Shown: in pieces, positions 51,102-61,616 of the stretch
How positions within the stretch are numbered: the stretch's first letter is position 1
Layout of the letters: each line of letters opens with the position of its first letter
Assembly (NCBI GenBank): GCA_965207415.1
Contig: CBDBMD010000003.1
Location: 3,113,243-3,177,242, forward strand
Source: Dehalococcoidia bacterium
Lineage (GTDB): Bacteria; Chloroflexota; Dehalococcoidia; UBA2979
DNA length: 64,000 nt
Reading direction: 5' to 3'
Translations under genes and position numbers: made by a program
The notes under the pieces: generated by a model
What the model saw: only the letters and a program-made list of their open reading frames with translations
Told to the model about the DNA's origin: nothing
Database searches by the model: none

Positions 51102-52343
51102 ATGGCCGTCGCTACTTCCTCGTCGCTGGGCTGGCTGGACAGCAGTGAGCGCGAACGACGCGCCGTCCTGGAACTCGTCGCGGCGCTGAACGAGCCCGGC
51201 ACGCTCGACGAGTTGGGCATCGGCAGCATCCGCGACACCATCGCCGAAACGCTCTTTCCAGGGACGAGCACCATCCAGACTCGGGCACGATACTTTCTGT
51301 TCATTCCCTGGATCCTCCAGCAGGTCGAACGGAGCTCCACCCGGCGGCCTGAGGACCGTACGACCCGCCTGCAGCTGCAATTGTGCGAAGCGCTCGACCA
51401 GGCACACGGCCCTAACCAGGGCGTCATTGGCCGGGAAGCAAAGGCCGCGCTTCAGCGCTGGCCACTGTCGATCTACTGGCTGGGACTGGCCCGGTGGGGC
51501 ATCCGCCGGTACCCAGGGTCGCTCCGCTCGTATTTCGCAGCCCTCAGGCGGCCCCCGTCCGCACTGGTCACCGTCCCCGCACGCGAGAAGGCAGTGGAAG
51601 GCAGGAGCGACGAGGCCCGCGACTCCGTCCGTGCGAATTGGGCTGAAGTGCCCGATGCCCCCAGCGGGTTTCCAGACGGCGCGTCCTTCGTCCTCACGCC
51701 CGAGGAGGCGCACTTCCTGCGCGAACGGGTCGTACTGACCCATCCCCAGAGCTACCTCGCACACATCCTGCAGACGAGCGCAGTAGGAGAGATCGATGCA
51801 GCCGATGCGCCGTGGGAGCACCCCTCGGTGGAGTCAGCGTCGCAGCACGTTCGGGACTGGCTCCACGACGCTCGTCTCTTCAGCCTTGTCCAGCAGGGCG
51901 CGACTCTCCTCTACAACCGCATGCTCGCCGAGGAGCTGAATGATGACGAGGCTGTCGAGAGGTTCTCGGTAGAACTTGCGACCTGGGCCCAGGCACAGGA
52001 GGCGGCCGAGATCGAACTGGAGCAATGGGACCGGACCGCCATGTGGGCACGGCTGCTGCACGAGAATCCGCGGCTGCGCCGACGGACCAGGGAGTTCGCA
52101 GACCGCTGGTACGAGTTGGCCGCTGCAAGCGGTGGGCCAGAACTAGTCGACCGGCGTGAGGCACGGACGCTCGTACGTGAACGTGAGCGGGAGCTGAAGC
52201 GAGCGCGTGCGCGCCTGACGTACAAGGAGGCTCGCGATCGCCGGAGGGGCTTTCCGGTGTCCGCGCCGTTGCTCTTCCGCTGGCCGCAGGTGCAGGGAAT
52301 CACCATCGATATCCTGGACGGCCTTGGCGTGGCCCATGCTTGA
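51102..52343 (+). CDS. DUF6361-like protein (Azaca-like component)
   Basis: LGWLD...DELGIGSIRD...LFPGTSTIQTRARYFLF. Confidence 0.8.
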   Translation: MAVATSSSLGWLDSSERERRAVLELVAALNEPGTLDELGIGSIRDTIAETLFPGTSTIQTRARYFLFIPWILQQVERSSTRRPEDRTTRLQLQLCEALDQAHGPNQGVIGREAKAALQRWPLSIYWLGLARWGIRRYPGSLRSYFAALRRPPSALVTVPAREKAVEGRSDEARDSVRANWAEVPDAPSGFPDGASFVLTPEEAHFLRERVVLTHPQSYLAHILQTSAVGEIDAADAPWEHPSVESASQHVRDWLHDARLFSLVQQGATLLYNRMLAEELNDDEAVERFSVELATWAQAQEAAEIELEQWDRTAMWARLLHENPRLRRRTREFADRWYELAAASGGPELVDRREARTLVRERERELKRARARLTYKEARDRRRGFPVSAPLLFRWPQVQGITIDILDGLGVAHA

Positions 52344-54174
52344 GCCAGACCGGCGTCAGCTCTTCCTCGAGACGCTCCGGCCTCCTGAGGGCTATCGGTT
52401 TGACCGCGCTGTCGGCACCACCTTCACGCTCGACCTGATGGCGCTGCTCGCGGTGCCCCTCGCGTTCACGTTCCGCGATGCCGAGGACCACGATGGGCAT
52501 CTGGCATCCGAACCGCTCTCCTTGCTGGAGAGTGCCCGTCGCCATGCGAGCCGGATCACCGTGTTCTGCCACGGCGGGTACACGGCCGTCCCGCGTTCCG
52601 GTCAGACCGCTTTGGCCTTTCTCGAGCAGTCGGTGATCACCGCCTTCCCGCGCCGTCCACTGGGTGGCGGGGCGATCTTCCATCCGAAGGTCTGGGTGCT
52701 CCGTTACGAGCCGCGTTCCGACGGTCCCGTCAGATATCGGCTCGTCTGCCAGTCGCGGAACCTGACGTTCGACGCATCGTGGGACGCCTCCCTGGTGCTC
52801 GACGGAGTGCTGCAGGAGCGACGAGTGCGCGGCTACTCGCTCAACGAGCCGCTTGCTAACTTTGTCCGCGGGCTACCCGCGCTCGCGTCCGACCCGGTAT
52901 CGGGTGAGCAGCAGACAACCGTCGATACGGTCGCGGACGAGTTGCGGCGAGTCCGCTTCGAAGCGCCCGAAGGGCTCGAGCTGAGCCGGTTCATTCCCTT
53001 TGGCATCCGCCGTCAGAACCCGATATTTCCGGACCTCGAACACCGCCCGCTGCTAATCATCTCGCCGTTCCTTGACGGGAACTTCCTCATGTCCGCCGCG
53101 AAGGCCCGCCCACGCGCCGTTCTCGTCAGCCGGCGAGAGGCACTGCTCAAGGCGCCCGCCGACGCCATCAACGCCTTTGACGAGGTCTACTCCTTCAGGC
53201 CTGGCCTCGAGCCGGAACCCGACGACTCTGAGACGGAGCTCGTACCACTGGCCGGCCTGCACGCGAAGATCTACATCATCGACGACGGGTGGAACGCCCG
53301 CGTGGCAGTAGGCTCAGCGAACTCCACGGCAGCAGCGCTCGCGAATCCTCCCCGAAACGTCGAATTCATGGTCGAGCTCGTGGGGAGGAAGAGCCGCTTC
53401 GGGATCGATGCCCTGCTGGCCGAGGGCGGGAGCGGGACGGGCACGTTCCATAGCCTGATCGAGCCATTCGACACCGAGGAGGCGGGGACCGTCGACGAGG
53501 ACCATGTCGAGATTCGCCTGGACCGGCTACTCGACGACGCAGCCGAGGCGCTGGCGCGGTCCGACCTGAGAGCGCGCGTGGAGGCTTCGGGTGGGGACCG
53601 CTACGTGCAGCGTCTGGAACTCGGCGAGGCTGTCGAGCTACCGTCGGAAGTGGCGACAGTCACCTGCTGGCCGGTCACTCTCCCCGCTCACCACGGCCGC
53701 CCGCTCGATGATGGTGCCGAGTTCTCGGGCCTGACGCTCCCTGAACTGTCCGGCTTCCTCGCGATCGAGGTTCGTGCCTCGGTCACCGGGCAGTCCCGGA
53801 GCAAGCGGTTCGCCCGCACGATCAGACTGGATGGCCTCCCGGAGCACCGGTTGCAACGGCTTCTCGCCGGGATGCTGCAGGACCGCGCGCGGCTAATGCA
53901 GTTGCTCTGGTTGCTCCTGGCTCCGGACGATGCCATGTCCTTTGGTGAGTTCGGCGGCCTGACGGCGAGCGAAGAGGGGACCACCGGATGGGGATCCGCG
54001 TCCCCTGGCCTGCTGGAGCGAATGCTCGACGCCTTGGGCAGTGACCCGGCACGACTCGACACCGTGGCGGCGCTGCTCGACGACTTGCGGCAGACGGAGG
54101 CCGGGCGAGAGCTGCTCGGCCCGGACTTCGAGGACGCGTGGAGCGCGCTGTGGGCCGTACGGGGTCGGCGGTGA
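52336..54174 (+). CDS. Phospholipase D-family nuclease (Azaca-like component)
   Basis: FHPK and LHAK...GSAN motifs. Confidence 0.8.
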   Translation: MLEPDRRQLFLETLRPPEGYRFDRAVGTTFTLDLMALLAVPLAFTFRDAEDHDGHLASEPLSLLESARRHASRITVFCHGGYTAVPRSGQTALAFLEQSVITAFPRRPLGGGAIFHPKVWVLRYEPRSDGPVRYRLVCQSRNLTFDASWDASLVLDGVLQERRVRGYSLNEPLANFVRGLPALASDPVSGEQQTTVDTVADELRRVRFEAPEGLELSRFIPFGIRRQNPIFPDLEHRPLLIISPFLDGNFLMSAAKARPRAVLVSRREALLKAPADAINAFDEVYSFRPGLEPEPDDSETELVPLAGLHAKIYIIDDGWNARVAVGSANSTAAALANPPRNVEFMVELVGRKSRFGIDALLAEGGSGTGTFHSLIEPFDTEEAGTVDEDHVEIRLDRLLDDAAEALARSDLRARVEASGGDRYVQRLELGEAVELPSEVATVTCWPVTLPAHHGRPLDDGAEFSGLTLPELSGFLAIEVRASVTGQSRSKRFARTIRLDGLPEHRLQRLLAGMLQDRARLMQLLWLLLAPDDAMSFGEFGGLTASEEGTTGWGSASPGLLERMLDALGSDPARLDTVAALLDDLRQTEAGRELLGPDFEDAWSALWAVRGRR

Positions 54175-57100
54175 TGACGGCACCGGAGCCCGACGGCTAC
54201 GCGGAGGTGGTGCTCGCGGGCCTCAAGCCCTTCCAGCGCCGAACCGCCGAGTACGCCTTCCAGAGGCTCTACGAGGCACCGGACAGCACCCGTCGCTTCC
54301 TGATCGCGGACGAGGTCGGGCTCGGTAAGACCCTCGTCGCCGCCGGCGTCACCGCTCTGGCAATCGATCATCTCCGCGCTCTGGACACGCCTCGCATCGA
54401 CATTGTCTACATCTGCTCGAATCAAGCGATCGCACGCCAGAACGTCGAACGCATCAAGCAACGTCTCTCGATCCACACGAAGGCGCTGGCCGAGCGGATC
54501 ACGCTGCTTCCGTACACGCTGCAGTCCCTGGACCAGTCGGTGAACCTCGTCGCGCTGACGCCAGGCACTTCGTTCAGTTCAGCGCACGCCGAGGGCGTCG
54601 TCAGGGAACGGATCATCCTCTTCAGGATGCTGACCGATGCCTGGGGCGACCTCGGACGAACTGCCCGTCAGGTCTTCCGCGGGAGTCTCCGCACCATACG
54701 TCGCTTCCGTGAGTACGAAGAGTGGAACCCTCCGCAGCCGATCGACCGGGGAATCCTGCTGCGGTTCAGGCGCGCCGTCGGCGGACCGGGCTCGTCTCTG
54801 CACCAGGAGTTCATCGACTTGCGTGACAGCCTCGCGCATCACCGCGACCCGGACACGAGAGCGCGGCGCCGCGAGTTCATCGCGAAGATGCGGCGGATCC
54901 TGGCTGATGCGTGCCTCGACGCGCTCGAACCGGACCTCGTGATCCTGGACGAGTTCCAGCGCTTCCGCGCTCTGCTGGATGCGGAGACCCCAAGCGGCGA
55001 GCTGGCAAGGCAGCTGTTTCAGTACGAAGATCAGCACACCCAGGTCCGCACCATGCTGCTGTCGGCGACCCCCTACAAGATGTACACGCTCAGCGGTGAG
55101 GCGGACGACGACCACTACCGCGACTTCCTGCGCACGGTGCAGTTCCTCGAGGAACCCGACGGCTCGGTCGAGCCGCTCGAGGACGCTCTTCGTGCATTTC
55201 GCGCGGAGCTTCCCCGTGCCACGGCGGGCGGGCAGGCCGACGCCGGGACGATGGCACGCCTGTCGGCTCAACGCGACGCGGTGCAGTCGGCCCTGCGGCG
55301 GGTCATGTCCCGCACGGAGCGCCGAGGGCGAGCGTCAGGCGGGGACCCGATGCTCGCGGTCGCGCCGATGGCTGTCGGGCTCGAGGTCGGCGACGTAGAG
55401 ACGTACCTCACGGCCCGAGAACTTGCGGATCTCGTCGATGCGCCCGACATCACGGAGTACTGGAAGTCGAGTCCCTACCTGCTCTCGTTCATGGACCATT
55501 ACCAGCTGTCCGACCGCGTCCGGACGGCGGCCGAGGCCGACCCGAATGGTGAAGTCGCGCGGCTCTTGGGACGGGATTCGAGTCTGCAACTGCGGAGCCG
55601 GGAGACGGCCCGGCGTGGCGCCGTGAACGCCGGAAACGGGCGGATGCGAGCCCTGATGGACGACCTCGACGCCACGGGGCTGCACCGGCTGCTCTGGCTA
55701 CCGCCCTCGCTGCCGGCGTACACGCTCAGTGACGACTTCGAACTGGCCCGTACTGAGACGAAACGCCTCGCCTTCTCGTCGTGGGCGATGGTGCCGCGAG
55801 CTATCGCCGTCATGGCAAGCTACGACGCCGAGCGCCGTCACATCCCGGATCGGGCGCGTGCCGAACGGTATCAGGCGCAACTCCTGAACGTGACCCGCAG
55901 CGCCTACTCTGTGTTCGCTCTCCTTGCACCCTCGTCGACGCTCGCGGATGTCGGCGACCCGCTGCGCTATCGCGCTGCGGATGCGAGCGAACTCGTCCGC
56001 GCGATCGAGGAGCGGCTCCGCCCTGATGTCGAGGAGCTTACGCGTGGTGCGCCGACCGATGGACCACCGCAGGAGATCTGGTATGCGGCGGCACCGCTCT
56101 TGCTCGACCAGCAACGCCAGGCGAGCGCGGAGTGGCTCGATGCACTCTCCGAGGGTCCGCCGACGGCCGGCGGCGAGCATGACGATGAGCCGACTGCCTG
56201 GCGCGACCTGGCTGCCCGCATCCGGGACTCGCTCGCGGACCCTGCAAGGCTGGGCCGACCGCCGCGCAACCTCACCGAGGTGCTGGCGGCGCTCGCAGCG
56301 GGTTCGCCCGCGAACACCACGCTGCGAGCGCTGTCGCGCATCACCGAGAGGCCTGCCACGGACAAGGACCTGCAGGCCTCCGCGGTACGCGCCGCATGGG
56401 CCTTCCGAGCGCTCGTCCGCGCTCCAAGCTCCGAGGGCTTGCTGCGGAACCTCTACGTGCCGACGGTGCCCGGAGGCGAGGGAGCGTACTGGCGACGCGT
56501 ACTTGCCTATGCGGTGGAGGGCGGACTGTCGGAGGTACTCGACGAGTTCTTCCATGTTGTCCGCGAAGCACGTGGCAGCGACACAGATGCTCCCGATCTC
56601 GTCGAGACACTCGTGCAGGCGCTCCGTCTGGCAGTGGGAAGGCTCGATGTCGCCGAGTGGACCAGTGACGGATCGGGGATCCGGCGAGAGCCGTTCTCGA
56701 TGCGCCAGCACTTCGCGCGGCGTTACGTGAGCGATGCACCCCAGAGCGCCGACCAACAGGCAAGCGAGCATCTCGACGCGGTCAGGGCTGCGTTCAACTC
56801 GCCCTTCTGGCCCTTCGTGCTCAGCACGACCTCGGTCGGGCAGGAGGGGCTCGACTTCCACTGGTACTGCCACGCGGTGGTGCACTGGAACTTGCCGCCG
56901 AATCCCGTCGACCTGGAGCAGCGTGAGGGACGCGTGCACCGCTACCACGGGCACGCGATCAGGAAGAACATCGCCCAAGTGGTGGGGTCCGAAGCAGTCG
57001 AGCAGGCTCGCGATGCCGCCCGGAATGGAGCGCACTCCAGCCCTTGGGAGGAGGCCTACCGACTCGCCGACGACCGGTTCGGCACTGACGGCGGGCTCGT

Positions 57101-57341
57101 CCCTCACTGGGTCTTTGGCGAAGGGTCGGCCCGCATTCAACGCCACACGCCGGTCCTGCCGCTGTCGCGCGACGCGGACCGGGCGGACGCACTTCGCCGA
57201 TCGCTCGCCGTGTACCGGATGGTCTTCGGACAGCCGAGGCAGGACGACCTGCTCGACTTCATCCTGCGCGAAGTCCCCGAGGATGGCCGGGAGGCAGTCG
57301 CGTCGGCCCTGACCATCGACCTGAGCCCCCCGCTGCCGTAG
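54174..57341 (+). CDS. SF2 helicase (Azaca-like component)
   Basis: ADEVGLGKT, DEFQ, SATP, GQEGLDF, QREGRVHR. Confidence 0.88.
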   Translation: MTAPEPDGYAEVVLAGLKPFQRRTAEYAFQRLYEAPDSTRRFLIADEVGLGKTLVAAGVTALAIDHLRALDTPRIDIVYICSNQAIARQNVERIKQRLSIHTKALAERITLLPYTLQSLDQSVNLVALTPGTSFSSAHAEGVVRERIILFRMLTDAWGDLGRTARQVFRGSLRTIRRFREYEEWNPPQPIDRGILLRFRRAVGGPGSSLHQEFIDLRDSLAHHRDPDTRARRREFIAKMRRILADACLDALEPDLVILDEFQRFRALLDAETPSGELARQLFQYEDQHTQVRTMLLSATPYKMYTLSGEADDDHYRDFLRTVQFLEEPDGSVEPLEDALRAFRAELPRATAGGQADAGTMARLSAQRDAVQSALRRVMSRTERRGRASGGDPMLAVAPMAVGLEVGDVETYLTARELADLVDAPDITEYWKSSPYLLSFMDHYQLSDRVRTAAEADPNGEVARLLGRDSSLQLRSRETARRGAVNAGNGRMRALMDDLDATGLHRLLWLPPSLPAYTLSDDFELARTETKRLAFSSWAMVPRAIAVMASYDAERRHIPDRARAERYQAQLLNVTRSAYSVFALLAPSSTLADVGDPLRYRAADASELVRAIEERLRPDVEELTRGAPTDGPPQEIWYAAAPLLLDQQRQASAEWLDALSEGPPTAGGEHDDEPTAWRDLAARIRDSLADPARLGRPPRNLTEVLAALAAGSPANTTLRALSRITERPATDKDLQASAVRAAWAFRALVRAPSSEGLLRNLYVPTVPGGEGAYWRRVLAYAVEGGLSEVLDEFFHVVREARGSDTDAPDLVETLVQALRLAVGRLDVAEWTSDGSGIRREPFSMRQHFARRYVSDAPQSADQQASEHLDAVRAAFNSPFWPFVLSTTSVGQEGLDFHWYCHAVVHWNLPPNPVDLEQREGRVHRYHGHAIRKNIAQVVGSEAVEQARDAARNGAHSSPWEEAYRLADDRFGTDGGLVPHWVFGEGSARIQRHTPVLPLSRDADRADALRRSLAVYRMVFGQPRQDDLLDFILREVPEDGREAVASALTIDLSPPLP

Positions 57342-57379
57342 GCGCCTTGCTGGTGAACCTTCCCAGGTCCGCGTGGTGG

Positions 57380-57729
57380 CGAACCGCGATAGAGCGAGCA
57401 CGCGCGGCGATCGAGACGGCGGGCCTGAGTGTCAGCGAACTCGGGGGCAGCGCCGATGTCGAGCCCGGACACGCGGCCGTCGGCACGATGCACCTCGCGA
57501 GGGCCTCGAGTTCCGCGCCGTCGTGGTCGCCGCCTGCGACGACGAGGTGCTCCCGCTGCAGTCCCGCATTGAGGCCGTCGCAGACACCGCCGACGTCGAG
57601 AGCATCTACACCACGGAGCGGCATCTCCTGTACGTCGCGTGCACGCGAGCGCGCGATCACCTGCTGGTGACTGGGTTTGCCGGCGAGCGGTTCGTCTCCG
57701 GCACTGCGGCATTCGTAGATGAGCCGTGA
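57380..57729 (+). pseudogene. UvrD-like helicase C-terminal remnant
   Basis: GTMHLA / GLEFRAV frameshift; ERHLLYVACTRAR. Confidence 0.75.
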
Positions 57730-57744
57730 GACCTGCTGCGTGAA

Positions 57745-58050
57745 GCCACGCGGAGCTGTGAGGCGGATCGCGGCCGCGCCGATGTCTGCGTAGGTTCCAA
57801 TGAATTCGGCCACACCCATGAGCCGGTTGTGGAACCACTCCCTGGGAACCGTCCCCGCTGCAATCGGGTCGTTCCGACCTGCGATCTCCCTGAGCCCTGC
57901 GATGACCGCGAGGTCCGGGCGGAACCGGGCAAGCGTCTCGAGCAGTGCACCGAAGCGGGTCGAACTGGCATAGAGGACGCGGTACGCTCCCTCCGGATCG
58001 TCCCAGCGGTTGCCGAAGGTCCCGTCGAGACTCGCCTGGCTCCAGCCGAA
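57745..58050 (-). pseudogene. RES-domain toxin remnant
   Basis: DGTFGNRWDDP-G-YRVLYASS...ETLARFR. Confidence 0.7.
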
Positions 58051-58066
58051 AGGGAACCTGTCCCCA

Positions 58067-60589
58067 ATGGCCGTCGCGCGTTGCCCTACCCGAACCATCG
58101 ACGATGCACCGGCGGATCAAGACGCGTTCGGCTCGTATGAGTCGAAGGCCGAGGTCATCCATGAACTCATCACAACCGAGTCGGGGGGCCGCACGATCGG
58201 CTTGGAGGGGGAATGGGGATCGGGCAAGTCTACGGTCGTGAGAATGCTCGCCAAGCGTATGACCGACCCGGACTCTCACTTGGTCGTGTTCGATACCTGG
58301 GCGCACGAGGGCGATCCGCTACGACGCTCGTTTCTTGAGAAGCTGATCGACAGCCTGACTGAGAAGTGCTGGATTGACCCCTCTTCGAGGGACAAGCGGC
58401 TTGACGAGTTGGCCACACGCCGCCACGTCGAGCGCACACGACTCGGGTTGCTAGCAGGCGTCGCCGCTGTTGCCGTACTCGTCCTGTCGCTCAGCACCGC
58501 TCTGATCAGCGGTGGACTGGCGTCGAGATCGCCCGACTGGGTGTGGTGGGGAGTAGCGTTTTCGCTAGCGGCTATTGCAGCTGTCATCGTGGCCGGAGTA
58601 GTGCAGTGGGTTCGCACGAGGTCGCCCCTAGCCATCATCGACTCTCAACATGATCGCGAGAGGATCGAGACGCCAAACCCCAGCTCGGTCGAGTTCGAGA
58701 CGAAGTTCAAGGAACTGATGGAGGATGCGCTCGGAGACTCCAGCAGTCGACACTTGGTCATCGTGGTCGACAACCTGGACCGCGTGGCACCCGAGGATGC
58801 GCGCGCGATCTGGGCGACGCTCCAAACGTTCCTGCATCACTCGTACGACCCCGAACCTCGCTGGCTGCAGCAGCTATGGATACTCCTGCCCTACGACCGA
58901 AATGCGATCGAGCGGCTCTGGGGTACCGGCGCGAGGGACAAACGGCCCACTTTGCAGTTCCTCGATCACGATGTTGCCGCTCCACCCCTACGCACCCCTG
59001 CTGAAAGGGCGAGCGCACCTCAGCAGAAACGCGCCGAGCCTTTCATCGAGAAGACCGTGCAGCTGAGGTTCGCGGTTCCCGTACCGCTTCTCACCGACTG
59101 GCGCGAGTACCTGAGAACACTCCTGCGGTGCGCGCTACCGAGTCACGAGGCGGACTTCAGTTCCGTGTACCGCCTGTACGCGGACAAGCTCGACGGCGAA
59201 GGCCGCTCACCGACACCTCGCGAACTCAAGCAGTACATCAACCACATCGGGACCCTCCATCGCGAATGGCAGGATCGCCTGCCCATCTCGAGCCTCGCGT
59301 ACTACGCCTGTTTGCGCAGCGCGGGCACGGACGTAGTGGCAGCCCTTCGCGACCGTCCACTCCGAGAAGCCAGCCTCACGGACCTGCTGGACAGTGAGGT
59401 CGAGGCCCACTTGGCTGCCATCGCGTTGAACAGGCCCCCGGGTGAGGCGGTCGAGCTGTTGCTCGGACCCCGAGTACGAAACGCACTGCTTCAGGACGAC
59501 TCCCGTGACTTCCTCGAACTGATCGAGCGCAACAGCTTCTGGGACGTGCTGCTGGTGAACTTGGGGCGGTTCGTGCGGAGGGCAAGCGGCAACTCTCATT
59601 CGCAACTGCTCGATGTCGCAAACCATCTGGCGGAGATTCCCGAAGCGCGCCGGCACGAAGCGGAGTGGTCCGCAGTCAGGGAGAACCTGGCGACGTGGGC
59701 CAGAGAAGTGCAATGGAGAACGCGGGGACCGCTCACCCTGACTCTGGATGAGGCTGAGACTCTCGTTGGCCTGCTCAGCATCCTCGATGAGGACCGTGCG
59801 GCCGCGATAGTGGCTGACGTTCTGCAAGAGCCCATCGGCATCGAACAGGCGGCTGACTGGGCCGATGGGGCGGACCTTCTTCTCAGTAGGTTCGATTGGC
59901 TTGTCCTGCCCGTAACCGGCAGCACCGAAGCCATCTTCGCGATGGCTGCTAGATTCGGCCTCTGGCTCGAGGCGAAAGCGACGCCACCACGGCTCGATAT
60001 AGAGCCGGGTGCTTTTGCGGAACTGCATGACTTGGTCAGCAAGGGCATTGCCGGGGGTGACATCGCCGACGCTCTGCATGCAGTCGCCGTGCTCGACGGC
60101 ATGGGGTTCGCGATCGACTGGAACGCACTCGCCAAGCAGGCGTCTCAGCGTCTGACACGAACAGACCTCGCCCCTGACGCCAACGACTCGAAGCGTCTCC
60201 TGCGTCGAGTTCTCAGACGTGCCGAAGAGGCTCCACTCTCGGGGGGTGAGCGGCAGTACCTCGGTGAATCCGGCTGGGCATTGCACTATGTGGGTGTTGC
60301 CCGCCGCTACAAGGATGCTGAAGCAATGACCGAGTGGCTGTACGAAGCGCTCTGTGTGCCTCGGCATGATGGGCAGTTCGAACTACCAACCCCTGAAGCA
60401 AGAGACGGTGCTGAGTTCATGGCAAGGATAATCGAGCGGCCTAGCAAAAGGGACGTTACTGACCTCGCTCGGGTCGTTGAAAGCCAGGGGCGCACTGGAG
60501 GTGGGGAGTTGTTGATGTCGCTCCCGCCCAACTCGGAGCTGGCTGAGCGGCTCCGACAGCATCTTGTGGCAGCGAGCCCCGGCCAGTAG
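58067..60589 (+). CDS. KAP-family P-loop NTPase with 2 TM helices
   Basis: GEWGSGKS, FDTW, VIVVDNLDR, FIEK, TPRELK. Confidence 0.9.
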   Translation: MAVARCPTRTIDDAPADQDAFGSYESKAEVIHELITTESGGRTIGLEGEWGSGKSTVVRMLAKRMTDPDSHLVVFDTWAHEGDPLRRSFLEKLIDSLTEKCWIDPSSRDKRLDELATRRHVERTRLGLLAGVAAVAVLVLSLSTALISGGLASRSPDWVWWGVAFSLAAIAAVIVAGVVQWVRTRSPLAIIDSQHDRERIETPNPSSVEFETKFKELMEDALGDSSSRHLVIVVDNLDRVAPEDARAIWATLQTFLHHSYDPEPRWLQQLWILLPYDRNAIERLWGTGARDKRPTLQFLDHDVAAPPLRTPAERASAPQQKRAEPFIEKTVQLRFAVPVPLLTDWREYLRTLLRCALPSHEADFSSVYRLYADKLDGEGRSPTPRELKQYINHIGTLHREWQDRLPISSLAYYACLRSAGTDVVAALRDRPLREASLTDLLDSEVEAHLAAIALNRPPGEAVELLLGPRVRNALLQDDSRDFLELIERNSFWDVLLVNLGRFVRRASGNSHSQLLDVANHLAEIPEARRHEAEWSAVRENLATWAREVQWRTRGPLTLTLDEAETLVGLLSILDEDRAAAIVADVLQEPIGIEQAADWADGADLLLSRFDWLVLPVTGSTEAIFAMAARFGLWLEAKATPPRLDIEPGAFAELHDLVSKGIAGGDIADALHAVAVLDGMGFAIDWNALAKQASQRLTRTDLAPDANDSKRLLRRVLRRAEEAPLSGGERQYLGESGWALHYVGVARRYKDAEAMTEWLYEALCVPRHDGQFELPTPEARDGAEFMARIIERPSKRDVTDLARVVESQGRTGGGELLMSLPPNSELAERLRQHLVAASPGQ

Positions 60590-60919
60590 CAGAAACGCGC
60601 GGTCAGTGCTGCCAGGCGGCGCATCGGCTCATGCCCGTCTTGCACCATGTGGCCGGATCCGGGCTGTTCTAGGGCTGACAGAGGTAGCGAGAAGAGAACG
60701 TAGGTCAGAGTGCCCCATCGGCACCGCGGATGTCCTTATGGCACAAGGGCTCAGCATGGGGCACGATGCCCCAACGCCGTGGCAGGCGAGTTCCCCTACT
60801 GGAAGTCCTGCGAGCGGCCCGATTTGCAGGAGTGCAATTCGAGGAAGAAGTGCAGGCGACGGCGTTCTGGTGCAGCGAGAGCCCGCAACCGCCAGGCCGC
60901 ACCGAGTGGACCCGGTGAA

Positions 60920-61040
60920 GTGAAGTCGACCGACGTGCACCTCGGCGACGACGTGGAGCTCGAGTACTACCGCCTCCAGCGCATGTCGGAGGACAGTATC
61001 CTCGTGTCCGAAGACGGAGGCGTGTACGTCGCCAGCGAGA
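60920..61040 (+). pseudogene. HsdR C-terminal fragment
   Basis: LGDDVELEYYRLQRMSE-SI. Confidence 0.5.
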
Positions 61041-61099
61041 CCCCTGAGGATGAAGTCGCCGTCAGCGGCATCGGCGCGATCGCGGCCGCGCGCGTGACG

Positions 61100-61566
61100 A
61101 GCCCCATCCACCAACAGTAAGTGGAGCACGGGCTATGCGGATGCCTCGGCGCACCGCATCATCTCGGACCTGTCGGCGCTCATCGTCAACGTCGACCCGA
61201 GCACGCACCGAATCCTCGCTGCCGGCGACCTTAACCTGATCCACGGCGCTACGGATGACAATCCGTGGGCGCTGCCCGCCTGCGACCGGACGGTAACGGA
61301 CAGGTTGGCGGCGCTGGGACTCGAGCTTCTCGGCCCCCGGTGTCTGGACGGGCGACAGGCGTGCCCCACACCTAGAGGACTCCCGCCCAACACGCTGAAG
61401 GTGCCGACATGGCATCACTCCACGGAAAACCCCCGAGACAGCCGAGCGCCAGCTCGACTACGCCCTTGCCTCTCGCGGCTTCCACAGAGACGTCACGGTG
61501 CGCGCGATGAACTCGGCCGCCGAGTGGGGAGCGAGCGACCACTGCGGGGCTACTCACTGAAGTGAA
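61100..61566 (+). pseudogene. Endonuclease/exonuclease/phosphatase-family remnant
   Basis: SAHRIISDLS...LAAGDLN...QLDY...SDH across shifted frames. Confidence 0.65.
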
Positions 61567-61616
61567 GGGATAAACGGGACGACAGGGGCGTCCGGTTACG
61601 GTTGCTCCGCTGCGTC

